From contig CM052816.1 of the NCBI GenBank assembly GCA_028534125.1, forward strand, positions 23,190,001-23,254,000: a stretch of DNA of 64,000 nucleotides. Direction: 5' to 3'. Under the pieces are notes generated by a model that worked only from the letters and a program-made list of their open reading frames with translations, was not told the DNA's origin and made no database searches. The position numbers were made by a program, and so were the translations under genes. Position 1 is the first letter of the stretch; every line of letters starts with the position of its first letter. Source of the stretch: Lama glama. Lineage: Eukaryota. Below, in pieces: positions 51,901-63,930 of the stretch.

Positions 51901-52430
51901 CACAGTAATTCTAAATTTGTATGCATCTAATAAAATAGTTTCAAAATTTAAAGAGCAAAACTTGAGATAGCTATATGGAGAAATTTATATATATATACTT
52001 TTTTTTAACCAAACAAAACAATTATTAAAGATAAAGAGAATTTGAACAATGAAACTAACAAATTTGATCAGACACTGACGTCTTCATTAAACAACTGAAA
52101 ATACTCATTTTAAAGATACACATTGAATATTTTAAAAAACGAGTAATGTGCTGGACCCGAAAACAAATTTCACAATTCAGTATTATATAGGTCATCCTCT
52201 TTGACCACAGACAACTGAGTTAGAAATACAGATATTATTATCAAAAAGATAATGTAAAATACTGTATCTTATAGAGATTAAAACACACATTTCAAAGAAA
52301 TAATAGAAATTTAAAATAACAATGGAAATTTAAATTTAAAAATTTAGGACAGAATGAAAATGAAAATGCTATACTGCAAGATGGCTGGCTGGAGCTGAAA
52401 TGGCTTTTGAGGATAAAATTTAAAATCTCA
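48960..52430 (+). mobile_element. Old L1 (ORF1 end/ORF2 start) interrupted by a MaLR element
   Basis: A-rich L1 text lies on both sides of the insertion. The ORF2 endonuclease-like segment ...aaacaagagccaggcgt is continued after 51795 by ...tatctatgtcagacaaaataaacttt (KAGVAILISDK.DF-like). Confidence 0.6.
49838..51794 (+). mobile_element. MaLR element: MLT1-like LTR, internal region, MLT1-like LTR
   Basis: An LTR-like block spans ~49838-50242, an internal region starts ggaaagtggtatc, and a second LTR-like block spans ~51469-51794, ending aacctgactaagca. Confidence 0.55.
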
Positions 52431-55400
52431 GACAACACACACTGAGCCTCCCCAGTCTAACCCCGGCCTCTCTTGAAGCTCCTCTCCTGCCTTCCCCTCA
52501 CGTAACCAGGGCTCGGGGGCCCCCCCATGTGCTACTGCGATGCACGTGGTGCCTGTGACACAGGTTTTAGTGCAGGGTATTTGGGTCTCATCTGGGAGCA
52601 GTGCGACGGGACAATCTGGGTGTTGCTTTTGGCAGCATACCACCCAAGGGTAAATTTCTGATCCCAGTGGAGTTTTTGTGAACAGCATAAATTTAGTGTG
52701 ACTTGATAAATCATATCCTGATAACTGCAAGTAAAACTCTGAGCAACTCAGTGATGCTCCTCAACCAACCTCCTAGACAGTAATTTAAGCACTTCAAAAG
52801 TCCTGTAACATCCCCCCAAATATAGGCTTAAAAATGGAGCCTATGGTATACGTGAGGCTTTCTTATTCAAAATTGTAAATGGAGTATTGGGAATAGAAAC
52901 AGTGCGACAGAAGAGAAGGCATGACATACGTGTTCAGAGACAGATCATTACACAGTTATGGTATACCAAAAAAAAAACTGAGATAGAAAGAAGAGGCATT
53001 AGCATTTAAGGGGAACAGAGAGCCATAAGACTGAAAAAAATAGTAAGGAAGGGGATTAGGAAGTACCCTCAGTAAATGACATTGTCTAGAAAGCAAGTGA
53101 AGAGCAACCTCCTACCCTTGACCTTTTGTCCCAGTTCACAGGTTTAGTACAGAAAACCCCTGGGTTCTGAAACAGGTGTGATGGAAGCCAGGAAAAGATA
53201 TAACAAAGAGATTAGTCGGAAAAGATTCTGAAGTCTAACTGCTAATCAGAAAAAAAAAATCCTACCACAATATCTGAAAAAACATATTTTATCATTAAAC
53301 TAAAAAAAAATTAAATAAAAAAGGAACCAGCTTTTCCTTTCATGACCTCATTTTATAAAGAGATTGAAAACATCTGGAATACAATTCCAAATGCCTTCAT
53401 CAGATACATGCCTCCAATTATTTTAACAACCAGAAGCATTAGATTTTGGCGAAAGTTTGTTCATTGCATTGGGAAAAAAATTATTGTGAAGTTTCTTTAT
53501 TTCTCTAGTGAAAGAATTTAAGAAAAATATAATCTAGTGGAATCAAGAATATCTGCTTGTACTCTCTGCAATTACAGGTGACCTGTGTATCCACGCAGAG
53601 GGAATGCCCAGTGTCTGGAGACCCCGGCGTGCCTGAGGACGCTAACTTCTCTATACGCGTGGTACTGCTTCAGCTCATGTAAAATGGCTTAGAGAATTTC
53701 CTCTGAATGTGGAATGTGAATTTAAAAAAGGCTTAAAAGATAAATCATGAATACACTATGAAGCAGATATTGAAGAATTCAACTTCATATTTGGGATCTA
53801 ATGTTTGTTTTAACTCTGAGTTACTACCAATGGTAAAGGCTATGTTTGCAGGTGAAGTCCTTTGATATTCCATAAGTAGTCTGAACTCCAAACACCACGC
53901 ACCCGGGTGGTGTGAGACCAAAGGGTAAGCTGACCCAACTCTGAAGTTTGTGTGCATATAAACTTTACGTGGGTATAAAGTCAACTGCTTGAGTTAGCGA
54001 CATACTTTGACAGATGTATTGATGACATCCTACGACACCACCATCCACACACACACACACAAACACCCATCCATTCACAGTATAAATTTAAAAAAATGCA
54101 AGTGGTATTTTTCAAATTCTAATGAAAGGATAATTTTAACATATTTTTGGAGTTCTGGCAAATGATGAAGATGATGATACGAACAGTAATAATAATAACG
54201 GCAATACACATTTCTTGTACTCTTACAGGAAATCAGTTGCTGTTACCTTACATTATTTTATGTGCTTTCACTTTTAAAAAAATACGTAGAGTGAATATTA
54301 TCCTAATTTTGCAAGTGGAAACACTGAGGCATGAACTGAGCAAGGACCATGATTGATGTCTCTCAAACTGGTTTACTGTGGATTTGTGACAAGGAACCAA
54401 ATCTTTTCATTCAGTGTTCTTCCAATTGGCTTAATGTCTCCCCAGCAGAGTGAGACATGAAGCCAACAGACTGAGGGTTTTAAATTAAGAACTACTGGAC
54501 AGCTGCCTGCCATCTTCTGCATCTCTAACTCCTCAATACACATGACACATTCAGTGCCTTATTCTAGGTATCATTATGGCTACTTAAAACTTTCATATAC
54601 TCATTTCTTTTAGATTTATTTATTTTTATCAATGAGTATATCACACCTGGATTTTAAGATCCAGACAAGGAAAGAAGGACTACTTACTGACTTACTGCAA
54701 TCTAAAGTAGTGAATATAATTGCTGTTACTCAGAACTTGTGCCACGCCTACCCAGCGATCTAAATTTGTGACTGAGTCCTCCTCCTCTCCATGCATTATT
54801 TCAGCAGTAAATTGGCCTCGATTCAGTCATTGAATATTTCTTTTTAGGGCAAAGGAATGACTAAATCAAGCTTCTCTGCAGTTTACAATTACCAGTAACA
54901 TATTCAAAGACATATGAAGCAGACTTGTACCTTCTTGGCTTGCTCTGAATAATTATTTCAACACCTCAGGGCCTGCTGTAAGAGAAGCCCTTTAGAAATT
55001 TGCATTTCATTCAGCTTTAGGAACAACAGTCAACAGAGCTTTAAAGCGCGAGGATCCACATGAAGGAAGTCGGTCAACTCCAGTACTAAACAAAAGATGT
55101 TAGATCGGTGTGTTCCAACCTCAAAGGAATTCATTGGATATGTTTTCTCAGACTAAACTTCATAGCACAGGAGGGCCAAAGTTTTCTGAACTGATTTTTG
55201 AATCATTTTATCCCATGATATAAACAATAAGAAAAGCAAAGGAGAAATTTCGTCACATTTAGCTCCAACTAAACAAAACACAAAGAACCACCACCAAAAA
55301 GGTGTGTATGGATGAGTTTGGAGGATTACAAAAGGGAAGGATATAAAGTTTATAAAAAGCCAGTTGTCATAATAGGCTGCCTTACAATGGAAATAAATAA

Positions 55401-56457
55401 AAAACCTCATAGGTGGAGGAAACACATAATCATCCAAGTGTACTTGATTTTGAATGATCTCATGATAAAGGTCCCCAAGAGCCCACAAACACGCCACTAA
55501 GGAGTCACTCTACACCAGGACTCATGAGTAGCAACTGTTTCTTAAAAGAAAACAAATTTCTGCTCAGGGAATTTGAGCCACTCCAAAGGACTTAATGACT
55601 TGCAGGGGCTTGTAGGTCAGTCACACTGTTCTGAAATGAAATGCTTCTTCCTGTTTCTCAACTGACTAACCCTTAACCCCATTAGCCTTCACATCTTTAA
55701 ACAGTGATTATCCCTGTTTCAAGAGCTTTATGTTTCTTTCAGCACATGGAACTCATCACAGGTTTATTCCTCTCTTCTGGTGAGCAAAAAGAGGGAAGAC
55801 GCAAAAGAAGAAAGCAGGAAAGGAAGTCTGCACTGGGTCCGAAGGTGCATTGTTAAGTCTTGTCCGCGGGGACGCGTGGGGAAACGCGGCCACCTAAAAT
55901 AACAGCCAGCACCGTTCCAAGGCGGAGACTGCCCCTTCCATCACCCAGTTTCCACTGTTCTGCTGTTGGAATCTTCTCTGCATGAGATGAAAGGGAGCCC
56001 GTCTAAAGGAGGCGGAAGCGAGATTCTGTTGTCTCAGAGGCTGCGGGGGTCCCGCTGTGTAAGTTTCTGATGCTTCAGGCTTAGACTAACCTGAAAGGCA
56101 GAGGTAGGCTTTGCCCCCAGAGCCTCAATGGCAAGTGTAGTTATTGATTTGAAACAAATCTGAAGGAAAGGAATAAAAGGGGGGCTTGGCAAAATCTAAA
56201 ATGAAGACAGGCTGAGAAGCCAGTGCTTAGAGGGAAATAAAGGGTTGGGGAAATTCACAGAGTTTACGAAGTGATCAGACAAAGTCTCCTGATGTTAATT
56301 TAAGGAAGGGAGAAAGACTTCCTCTGGCGAGAGTGAGCAGCACCTTCTGCTCTCTTCCCTGCGGCCTTCTTTACACACAAAGGATGCAATGGCAGAGAGG
56401 CAGAAAGAAACAGGTCCCCACCCACACGTTTACGAGCTCCCTGTGAACAGCCCTCAC

Positions 56458-56625
56458 CTGTGAGTAGACGAGGTTCCGCCAGTGCTGCGCGGCGGGGGGG
56501 TAGTTCCCTCCCGGAAACCTCACCAGGCCAGCCTGCCCAGGGGCTGAGCTCCTCATTAACGACTTCACGTCGAGCTGCAGGAATTTGTCAGGATGGTTGT
56601 TATTTGGCAAAACAGAGAGATCCAT
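56458..56625 (-). CDS. MINAR2: MINAR2 first canonical coding exon
   Basis: ATG at 56625. Encodes MDLSVLPNNNHPDKFLQLDVKSLMRSSAPGQAGLVRFPGGNYPPAAQHWRNLVYSQ (56 codons), then donor CAG|gtgagg. It joins in frame with the other two exons to give 191 aa. An in-frame ATG also lies 12 nt upstream (56637). Confidence 0.95.
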
Positions 56626-56828
56626 GTCTCCCTTCATCTGCGGCGGAAAACAAAAGCATGTGAGGCTGGGCCTGTCGGCGCCATGCATTATGGATGAGCC
56701 CGAGGACGCTCCGACAGACTGGCATCTGAAACCAGGTCTTGTGGCTGCGCTCAGAAACCACTCTCGAAATGACACATTGACACACAGGAACTATGTAGCA
56801 CCCCACCTTACTTTTCACGCAACATACA

Positions 56829-56862
56829 ACACACACACACACACACACGCGCGTGCGCGCAT
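56829..56862. repeat. (CA)n(CG)n alternating purine-pyrimidine tract
   Basis: acacacacacacacacacacgcgcgtgcgcgcat. Confidence 0.9.
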
Positions 56863-58512
56863 TTAGGGTGCTCGAATGGGAAGAGCTGGGCCTGTGCTCA
56901 CTAAATTTACTAGGAATACCAAAATCAGGTACGTGCAATGCTTAGTGTCTCTCCATACAGAGTCAGCAGTAACAGTGTAAGAGGAATGACTGCCAGAATT
57001 TCAGGGTCATAGTCCATAATTTGCAGCACATGAAACAGTCACCTGCAGGGAGACACTTCTTAGTATTTCTGTCTGAACACTGCTGAGCTGCCCCAGCGGA
57101 CGCGGCCCTGCCCGCACAGGCTCACATGCGATAGGCAGGATCCTGTTTCTTCTCATGTTTTGACTTCCAGAGCCTCAGGCTCATGTGAAACCTAAGTCAG
57201 CCTCCGCTCAAGCAGGGAAATGGCGAGAATTTGCGTTACAGTTTGTTTCAGTAACGCAGTGCCCCAAATGACTGCCTTGACCCGTTTGCTAGCTGAGGTC
57301 TCATTGCCTCTGTTCTTAGCCATCTGAACTCCGCTGATGAGTTTTCATCACAAAGTCCATTTGGAACCAAAGGAGGGCATGGCGGCTGGGTGCGGATGAT
57401 GTGCTGTCCTAGGTGAACCCATCGGCGGTTCAGAGAGGCAGGTGGGAGTGAGGCTAGGGACTGCGTCCTCAGCCAGGAAGTGGTGGTGACTTTAAAGGAG
57501 ATCAGCTCTCTCGTTACAAACCACTCTGCTGTCAGCAATCCACACTTCTCACTGGGAAGGATGGCTATTCATGTACAGAAAGAGGAAACCTTTCCAGCTG
57601 TGAGGAGGTATAGGCTGGACACATGAGCAGTTTTTACAAGACATAGGTTGTCTGTTACATCTGCGCCTCTGTGAACCCATCTGACTCACCAGGAAGGATT
57701 CTCTTTCGGGGTAACGGGGTTACACGTGGAATGTATCAGCACCAGATGCCAGGGGATGCCATATCGCTTATCAGACACAGCAGCCAGGATGTTCTTGAAT
57801 CAAGCAAGACACCAGGGAGTACTTACCTTCCTTACAGCAATAAGCATGAGGGTGTCGAAAAATCATCTATCGTACTTACAACTATAAACTGGAGTAAACA
57901 ATTCATGTTTCCTGTAAGAATTTTTGGACCCAAAATCTATCACTGTCTTACAGTATCTGAAATACGTTTCGGTGATTTTATCAATACATTTACTAGAGAA
58001 AGTGAGATGTACTTTATAATGACAGCTGATAACAAAAGAGTTAAACCACAAGTGTGTCAAGAATCAAGTGTGTTATGTGTCTGTGCATGTCCTAGGAACT
58101 TTCTGGATTTTTCTGGCTGCTGCCAGAATACATCTAATGAACAAATCCTTCTCAAGCTGTTTGCTTTTCCTAAAAGATTCTTTGGGGAATAACACACATC
58201 TTCAAGAAGAACCTTACTTCTCTTTGGCTCTCTGTATTGGCAAGGGGAGACACAAACCCCAGATCCAAATATATTTGATTAGACCTTGTCCTTAGCCAAA
58301 GCATGAGGTAGGAGAAATGAGCCTGCAGTTTCCCTCAGGCGTCCTGCCTTTAGATCCCGCCACCAGGCTCCCGATGCCCACAGGGCTGTGTCCTGCCTCT
58401 CTCCATCTGTAAGTTGTGTCCCGGACTCTCCATCTTCTCCCACCGTCCTCTGTCAGCTGTCATCCCCAAACCATCGGGTCTTACTTTGCACTGTTACCCT
58501 GAGGGCAGCCTG

Positions 58513-59012
58513 NNNNNNNNNNNNNNNNNNNNNNNNNNNNNNNNNNNNNNNNNNNNNNNNNNNNNNNNNNNNNNNNNNNNNNNNNNNNNNNNNNNNNNNN
58601 NNNNNNNNNNNNNNNNNNNNNNNNNNNNNNNNNNNNNNNNNNNNNNNNNNNNNNNNNNNNNNNNNNNNNNNNNNNNNNNNNNNNNNNNNNNNNNNNNNNN
58701 NNNNNNNNNNNNNNNNNNNNNNNNNNNNNNNNNNNNNNNNNNNNNNNNNNNNNNNNNNNNNNNNNNNNNNNNNNNNNNNNNNNNNNNNNNNNNNNNNNNN
58801 NNNNNNNNNNNNNNNNNNNNNNNNNNNNNNNNNNNNNNNNNNNNNNNNNNNNNNNNNNNNNNNNNNNNNNNNNNNNNNNNNNNNNNNNNNNNNNNNNNNN
58901 NNNNNNNNNNNNNNNNNNNNNNNNNNNNNNNNNNNNNNNNNNNNNNNNNNNNNNNNNNNNNNNNNNNNNNNNNNNNNNNNNNNNNNNNNNNNNNNNNNNN
59001 NNNNNNNNNNNN
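58513..59012. other. Assembly gap (500 N)
   Basis: Run of exactly 500 N. Confidence 1.
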
Positions 59013-59073
59013 GTGTTTGTTGCATTGTTTTTAAGGAAATGTAGTTTTGTTAGGAGTGGCGGGGCAGGAGTAC

Positions 59074-59209
59074 CTTGTCTGGCACGGCTGCTCATTGCAC
59101 TTGCGAATCTGAGGCTCAGGCTTGGTTAAGTATTTGCATTTCTTGTTGTCCACAATGCTGATATTTTTGTTCATGATTTTTGTGCAAGACACCGTTGTCT
59201 TTCTTTCGC
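59074..59209 (-). CDS. ADAMTS19: ADAMTS19 internal exon (TSP1 repeat)
   Basis: Acceptor ctcttttcag|GC and donor AAG|gtactc. The exon is 136 nt and encodes (G)ERKTTVSCTKIMNKNISIVDNKKCKYLTKPEPQIRKCNEQPCQT(R), recognisable as ADAMTS19. The ADAMTS19-MINAR2 tandem order is the known mammalian synteny. Confidence 0.93.
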
Positions 59210-62200
59210 CTGAAAAGAGCAAATAAACATACAAAGAAATGTTATTATTGGCCTCTGTGTAATGGATTTAGGAGGTATTCCTAGCCTTGTAATGTTCATA
59301 TTTTAAACAAATTCTAGGTTAGAACAATGAAGATGATATTATTTATAATTTAGTTAGCAAAATACATCTCTAGGCTTGAGGAAGATAAATGGTGATTTTT
59401 TTCCCTTGTTAGAAATGAAACGGCAAGTTTTGTAATACAAAGGGGTTGTGGGAGCACATGTTGACAAGACGTTAATTAAGAACTTGCTGTAAAGAACTGT
59501 GCCGTCTTTTAGTACTCACTGGTGGAAAGCTGTTATTTGTATAAAACCTACGTGCCGTCATGAAGGCACATAAACATGCAGCTAAACGTGAGTGCACACT
59601 GCATCATCCACTGCATGTCATCAAGGCTCTGTGGGGGGCTCTGAGAAGCAAGCTTATTTTAGTATACCTCAGACGCTTATTCTTGTCCCTTCTGGTAAAG
59701 ACCCCAAGAATTCCAGAAATCCTTGCTTTCTAATGATTGTCAAGTTCTCTAAGAAAAGCCATGGGATTTTTCCCATCTTCCCCAAGATTTCAGAAAACTG
59801 GCTTTTCTCCTTTCTCTGATAGGAGAAGATAAAGTCTGATAAGAGGAGGCAAAAATGACTATTTGTCCGTTGTATTCATTTGGCTTAGAGCCTACAAACA
59901 CACTTACTTTGACAACACTTTTATTGTCTCATCTTACACCGTGTTGATTCTGTTTCTCTAAAAAAGCCTAAGTATCTATACAGGATTTAATAATCTAACT
60001 TAACTTGTTTGACATTATAAAATAATTAAATCAAACAATAATGTTAAAGCCAGACAGGTCATGAAGGATTAAGAACAAAAAAAATCACAGGTCGTTTGGG
60101 TCACTATTGAAGGGCCCATTAGTTAGGGTCCTATGACTACCATGCAATGATAATTAGAAAGCTCAGAGCATTCATACTGGTCATGCCAAATAGGACAGCC
60201 TGGCTTGTGGCAGAGAGGTCGTTATTTAATTAGCAGAGAAGGATGCCGGCACCAAGAGAGGAGGACAGAAAGGATGCAGAGAGAGAGTTACACTGAATCA
60301 TTTTTGATTATCTCTGACTTTGACTTGAGGGGGAGGGGAAAAGACAGTCGGGTGGCCAAGTAGAAGGCAAAGGAACAGGTAACGGTTCAGGAACTTTCCT
60401 TGATTACCCTCTCACCATCGCTGAGCAGAGTCCCATGACAATTCGCAGTATGAAAACAACCACATCTCTATGTATGTGTGTGGATTGACAGTTATGTCTG
60501 TGGTTACTGCATGTTATATTGAAACCATTTAGATCTTTAGTGCCATCTTCTAGCACAGGCAGCACAACGCTGGTCAAATTCTTTTCTGTCTCGAGAATCA
60601 CCAGAATCTGGTGAGATGCAACTTGTTCTATGGGAGCTCAACACAGACAAGAGCGCCAAGCAGGTAAAAGGCCCTTTCCCCTGAGTGGGAAAAGGTATGC
60701 CTCCACCCAGGACCCCATGGCACTCTATGGAGTGTGCACCAGAGGGCCAACAATGGGGAGGGACTTGAGATGGACATCCAACCAGAGATTAATGGAAGGT
60801 GGCCCTCAGGGCACAGAGATTAGGAAGAAGTTGTGCCCTCTAGGCAGGTCAATTAGAAAAGAGTGCTCTGTTCTCCATACAGAAGCTTCCCTGCAACAGA
60901 CGACATGGCTTGGAAAATGGAGCATGGGCTGAGCGGCAGCCCCTGGGCCACTGTGCACCAGCTGCCGAAATGATGTAACAGTTATGCCTCTGAGCACCAC
61001 CAGCTTGACCTGTGCACTAAATTGCAGAGAAAAGGCAAATTTACATGCCCCAGGCTATTGCTTGGTAGTTCAAGAAGGGTGGAGTGAGGCATTAGACTTC
61101 ATCATAGTTGCATTCAATACCCACCAACTTCAAATAATTTTCAGACAAGCTGCTGGAGAAGCAGAAATGACTTCTAATGTTAATTTTCCTTCACAGGGAA
61201 AACTGGCCTTACAAGGTAGGAGTTACCTAAATGTGAGAATTTGGGAGGGTTCTGGTCAACTTCCACTTAGTTTCCTATGCTTCAGATACTCCGTTTTCAC
61301 CAGATGCATATATCAAATAGATGTCACACAAATTTTGTATAATGCTAACATATGTAAGTATTATTTCTACATGACAATGATGCCTACCTAAGAGTAGGGT
61401 TAAAATGTTATTTTTATGTAATATAAATGTTAGTTTCAAAATCTAATTTAAAACCTCTAATTTAAGACACTCTCTTATAGAATAGATGTAGTTGTCTAAA
61501 CTAATTGAAATTTAAATTTTGCCAACTACAGCACAAAAAGATGACAAAGAGTCAATAACCAGAAAGCTTTTGTTGAACATGAATGCAGTCACAGAATGAA
61601 TGACTTGAGCTAATTATACCGTATTCTTTGCTCTCCTCACAAAATATCTAACCTTAGTTATGTTAGCCCAGAGCTAACATATTGAGCTATTGAAAAAAAT
61701 CTTCTAAGTCCTGATGTATCAAAAGGGATACAGGTATTGGCACCGTTTCAGGGAGCACCTTACTGGGGCTCTAAAAACACATGGAGGCCTGTAAGTATGA
61801 ACTGGGACATCTCCATCTACACTGGAGCAAAGACGCTCACATCATAAGTTTTTTGGCAGACGGAAGACGCTTAGCCCTATTTTTTAAAAATTTCATTGAA
61901 CGAAAACAATAGAATGAAAAAAAATCTAATGCTCAGCTATAGACACATTATGCCTATGAAAATGCAACCAAGCTCTTAAGGCCATATGGAAATGTTATTG
62001 TTTGATTTTTTTCTTTTATATATTTTTATGTCCCAGCCAACTCAGGAAATTTCCATTCTAGCATCTAATAGCAGTATTTACAACGCATCCAATACTGCGG
62101 AACTGAGGGATGAACAGAAAGTGATGAAGTAACTGGCCTTCTGCCTGAATCCTGAGTAGCTGCAAGCTGTTGACAGTATTTGTATTATTTGCTTTATGGC

Positions 62201-62634
62201 TATTAACTTCACTTCTGGGTCATTCTCATTAAACCAGTATTGGGGAAATCTGTTTTGATGTTTTGAACTTAATTATAAATAAAATACAATAACCATTATG
62301 CATTCATCTTAATACCAAATATGGGCAAAATCTGAAAAAAAAAGTAATTTTTATTTACTGATTTTTTTTTTGTTCTCTAAAGGCACTTAACAAAGACTAG
62401 ATATTGTGCTGTGTTCCTTCTTTTCCAATCTCAGAAATAAGCTGATACTTTTCTTCAATGCTCTGTATTTAACCCATGAAATGGGTATTTTTAATAAAAC
62501 TATTATCTATTCAGGTAGATCACATTTCTAGAACCTGCATCATAAATGCTGAAACACCCTTGAAAGTGAGTTCAGTGTTTCGATGTATTGAAATTCTCTA
62601 TGTTATTGGACATTCCAAACTTTTAAAAAATATT

Positions 62635-63150
62635 TTACTTTTCAATTTTGAAATAATTATATATTCACATGTACTTGTGACAAATAAGAGGTAATCTGAA
62701 TACCCTTTATCCAGTTCCCCACAAAGGTAATGACTTGCAAAATGACAGTACAATATCACAATTCACAACCAGAACACAGAAGAGTTACAACATCACAACC
62801 AGAACACTGATACTGCCAAGATGTGCAATCTTTCGTTCCCCACAAGAACCCCTCCAGGTGCCCTTTTATAGTCACACCCGTTTCCCCCTCCCATCCACCA
62901 GTCAGCCAGCTCTGGCAACTACTAACCTGTTCTCCATTCCTATAATGTTTCCATTTCAAGAATGTTTTGAAAATGGAATTACACAGTGTTAACTTTTAGG
63001 GACTGACTTTTTTTCACTGAGCATAATCCCCCTGGAGGTTCATCTTCAAGGTTGTATCAATCGTCTGTTTCTTTTTATTGTCAGCTAGTAATTCCTGCTC
63101 TGCACAGATCACAATTTGTTCAACAATTCACCCACTGAAAGGTGTTCACT
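62635..63150 (-). mobile_element. Old L1 (L1MB/MC-like) 3' end in ADAMTS19 intron
   Basis: ttttgaaataattatattcaca...ccctttatccagttcccc...ctggcaactactaacctgttctccatt...aatggaattacacagtg. Confidence 0.7.
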
Positions 63151-63589
63151 AAAATTGTGGAATTCTGTAAGAAAAAGACTATATGTATTCATTTGTCTTT
63201 ATATTTTTCTTTTTAAATTTTTATTTATTTTCTATTGAACTAACAATGACCAGCAAGTAATTGAATCCCAAGCAAAAATATTTTAATGAGGAAGAAGGTC
63301 TTATCTCCAAGAACTTCTTAGAGATATGTAAAATGCTGGTTATTTTTTAAGCATCATTTTTTCACTTGAACAACTTCTAAAGTCATGTCATGTCAGTTAC
63401 TTTGTAGCCATCATTTACATTCCTAGAAAATATTTTTCTCTCAGGGTTTGGGCTTAATATTAAAATGACTATTTCATTTTTTATTTTAATGAAAAAATTG
63501 TATTTGATATTATTCATAACATCCAGTAAAGAATCCAGTTTGATCTTGTCATTTCCACATACACAAATATTTTAATGGGACCCCATAAC

Positions 63590-63930
63590 TTTCAAGTTAA
63601 ATGTAACCTGAGTGTTAGCACAACACTCAAGGACCTTCATGAAGTAGCTTCTTCCTACTTTTTTGGTCAAATAATTTCCCACAGCCTGATTCTCTTATTT
63701 GGCACCCTAATAAACATTTTCGCTAACCTCAGTGCCTTTGCACCTATGCATTTTCCTGGAAGGCTTTCTCCAGCTCCCCTATCACTCTGTATAGTGTTTT
63801 TATTATTATCTAACCCCTCCTACATGGACAGTAAATTCTCTAAAAACGGAAAACATGCGTCTTTGGATCATCCAGCAAAAGTGAGAGCACAATCAGTATT
63901 GGTAAAGGAATCAATGAATGAAACATAAAC
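63590..63930 (+). mobile_element. L2 LINE 3' fragment
   Basis: cactcaaggaccttcatga...cagtgcctttgcacctatgcattttcctggaagg...gaatcaatgaatgaa. Confidence 0.55.

Larger units (their letters stand above)
55860..57130. promoter_or_regulatory. MINAR2: CpG-enriched region around the 5' end of MINAR2
   Basis: CpG density is visibly raised (ccgcggggacgcgtgg, gcgcggcggggggg, cggcggaa, gcggacgcggcc) relative to the flanks. I did not quantify it. Confidence 0.45.

Noticed and set aside
57671..58192. 173-aa plus-strand ORF antisense to the MINAR2 5' region
   Set aside because: It has a GTG start, no recognisable domain and non-coding-like composition. An ORF of this length can occur by chance in 64 kb.
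59031..59073. Alternative ADAMTS19 C-terminus by intron read-through (RYSCPATPNKTTFP*)
   Set aside because: A canonical GT donor lies at the expected position, and nothing else supports a terminal exon here.
56458..59209. ADAMTS19-MINAR2 read-through fusion protein
   Set aside because: The ADAMTS19 exon ends in phase 2 while the acceptor at 56638 enters MINAR2 in phase 0, so direct splicing is out of frame. The proximity also depends on an unsized gap.
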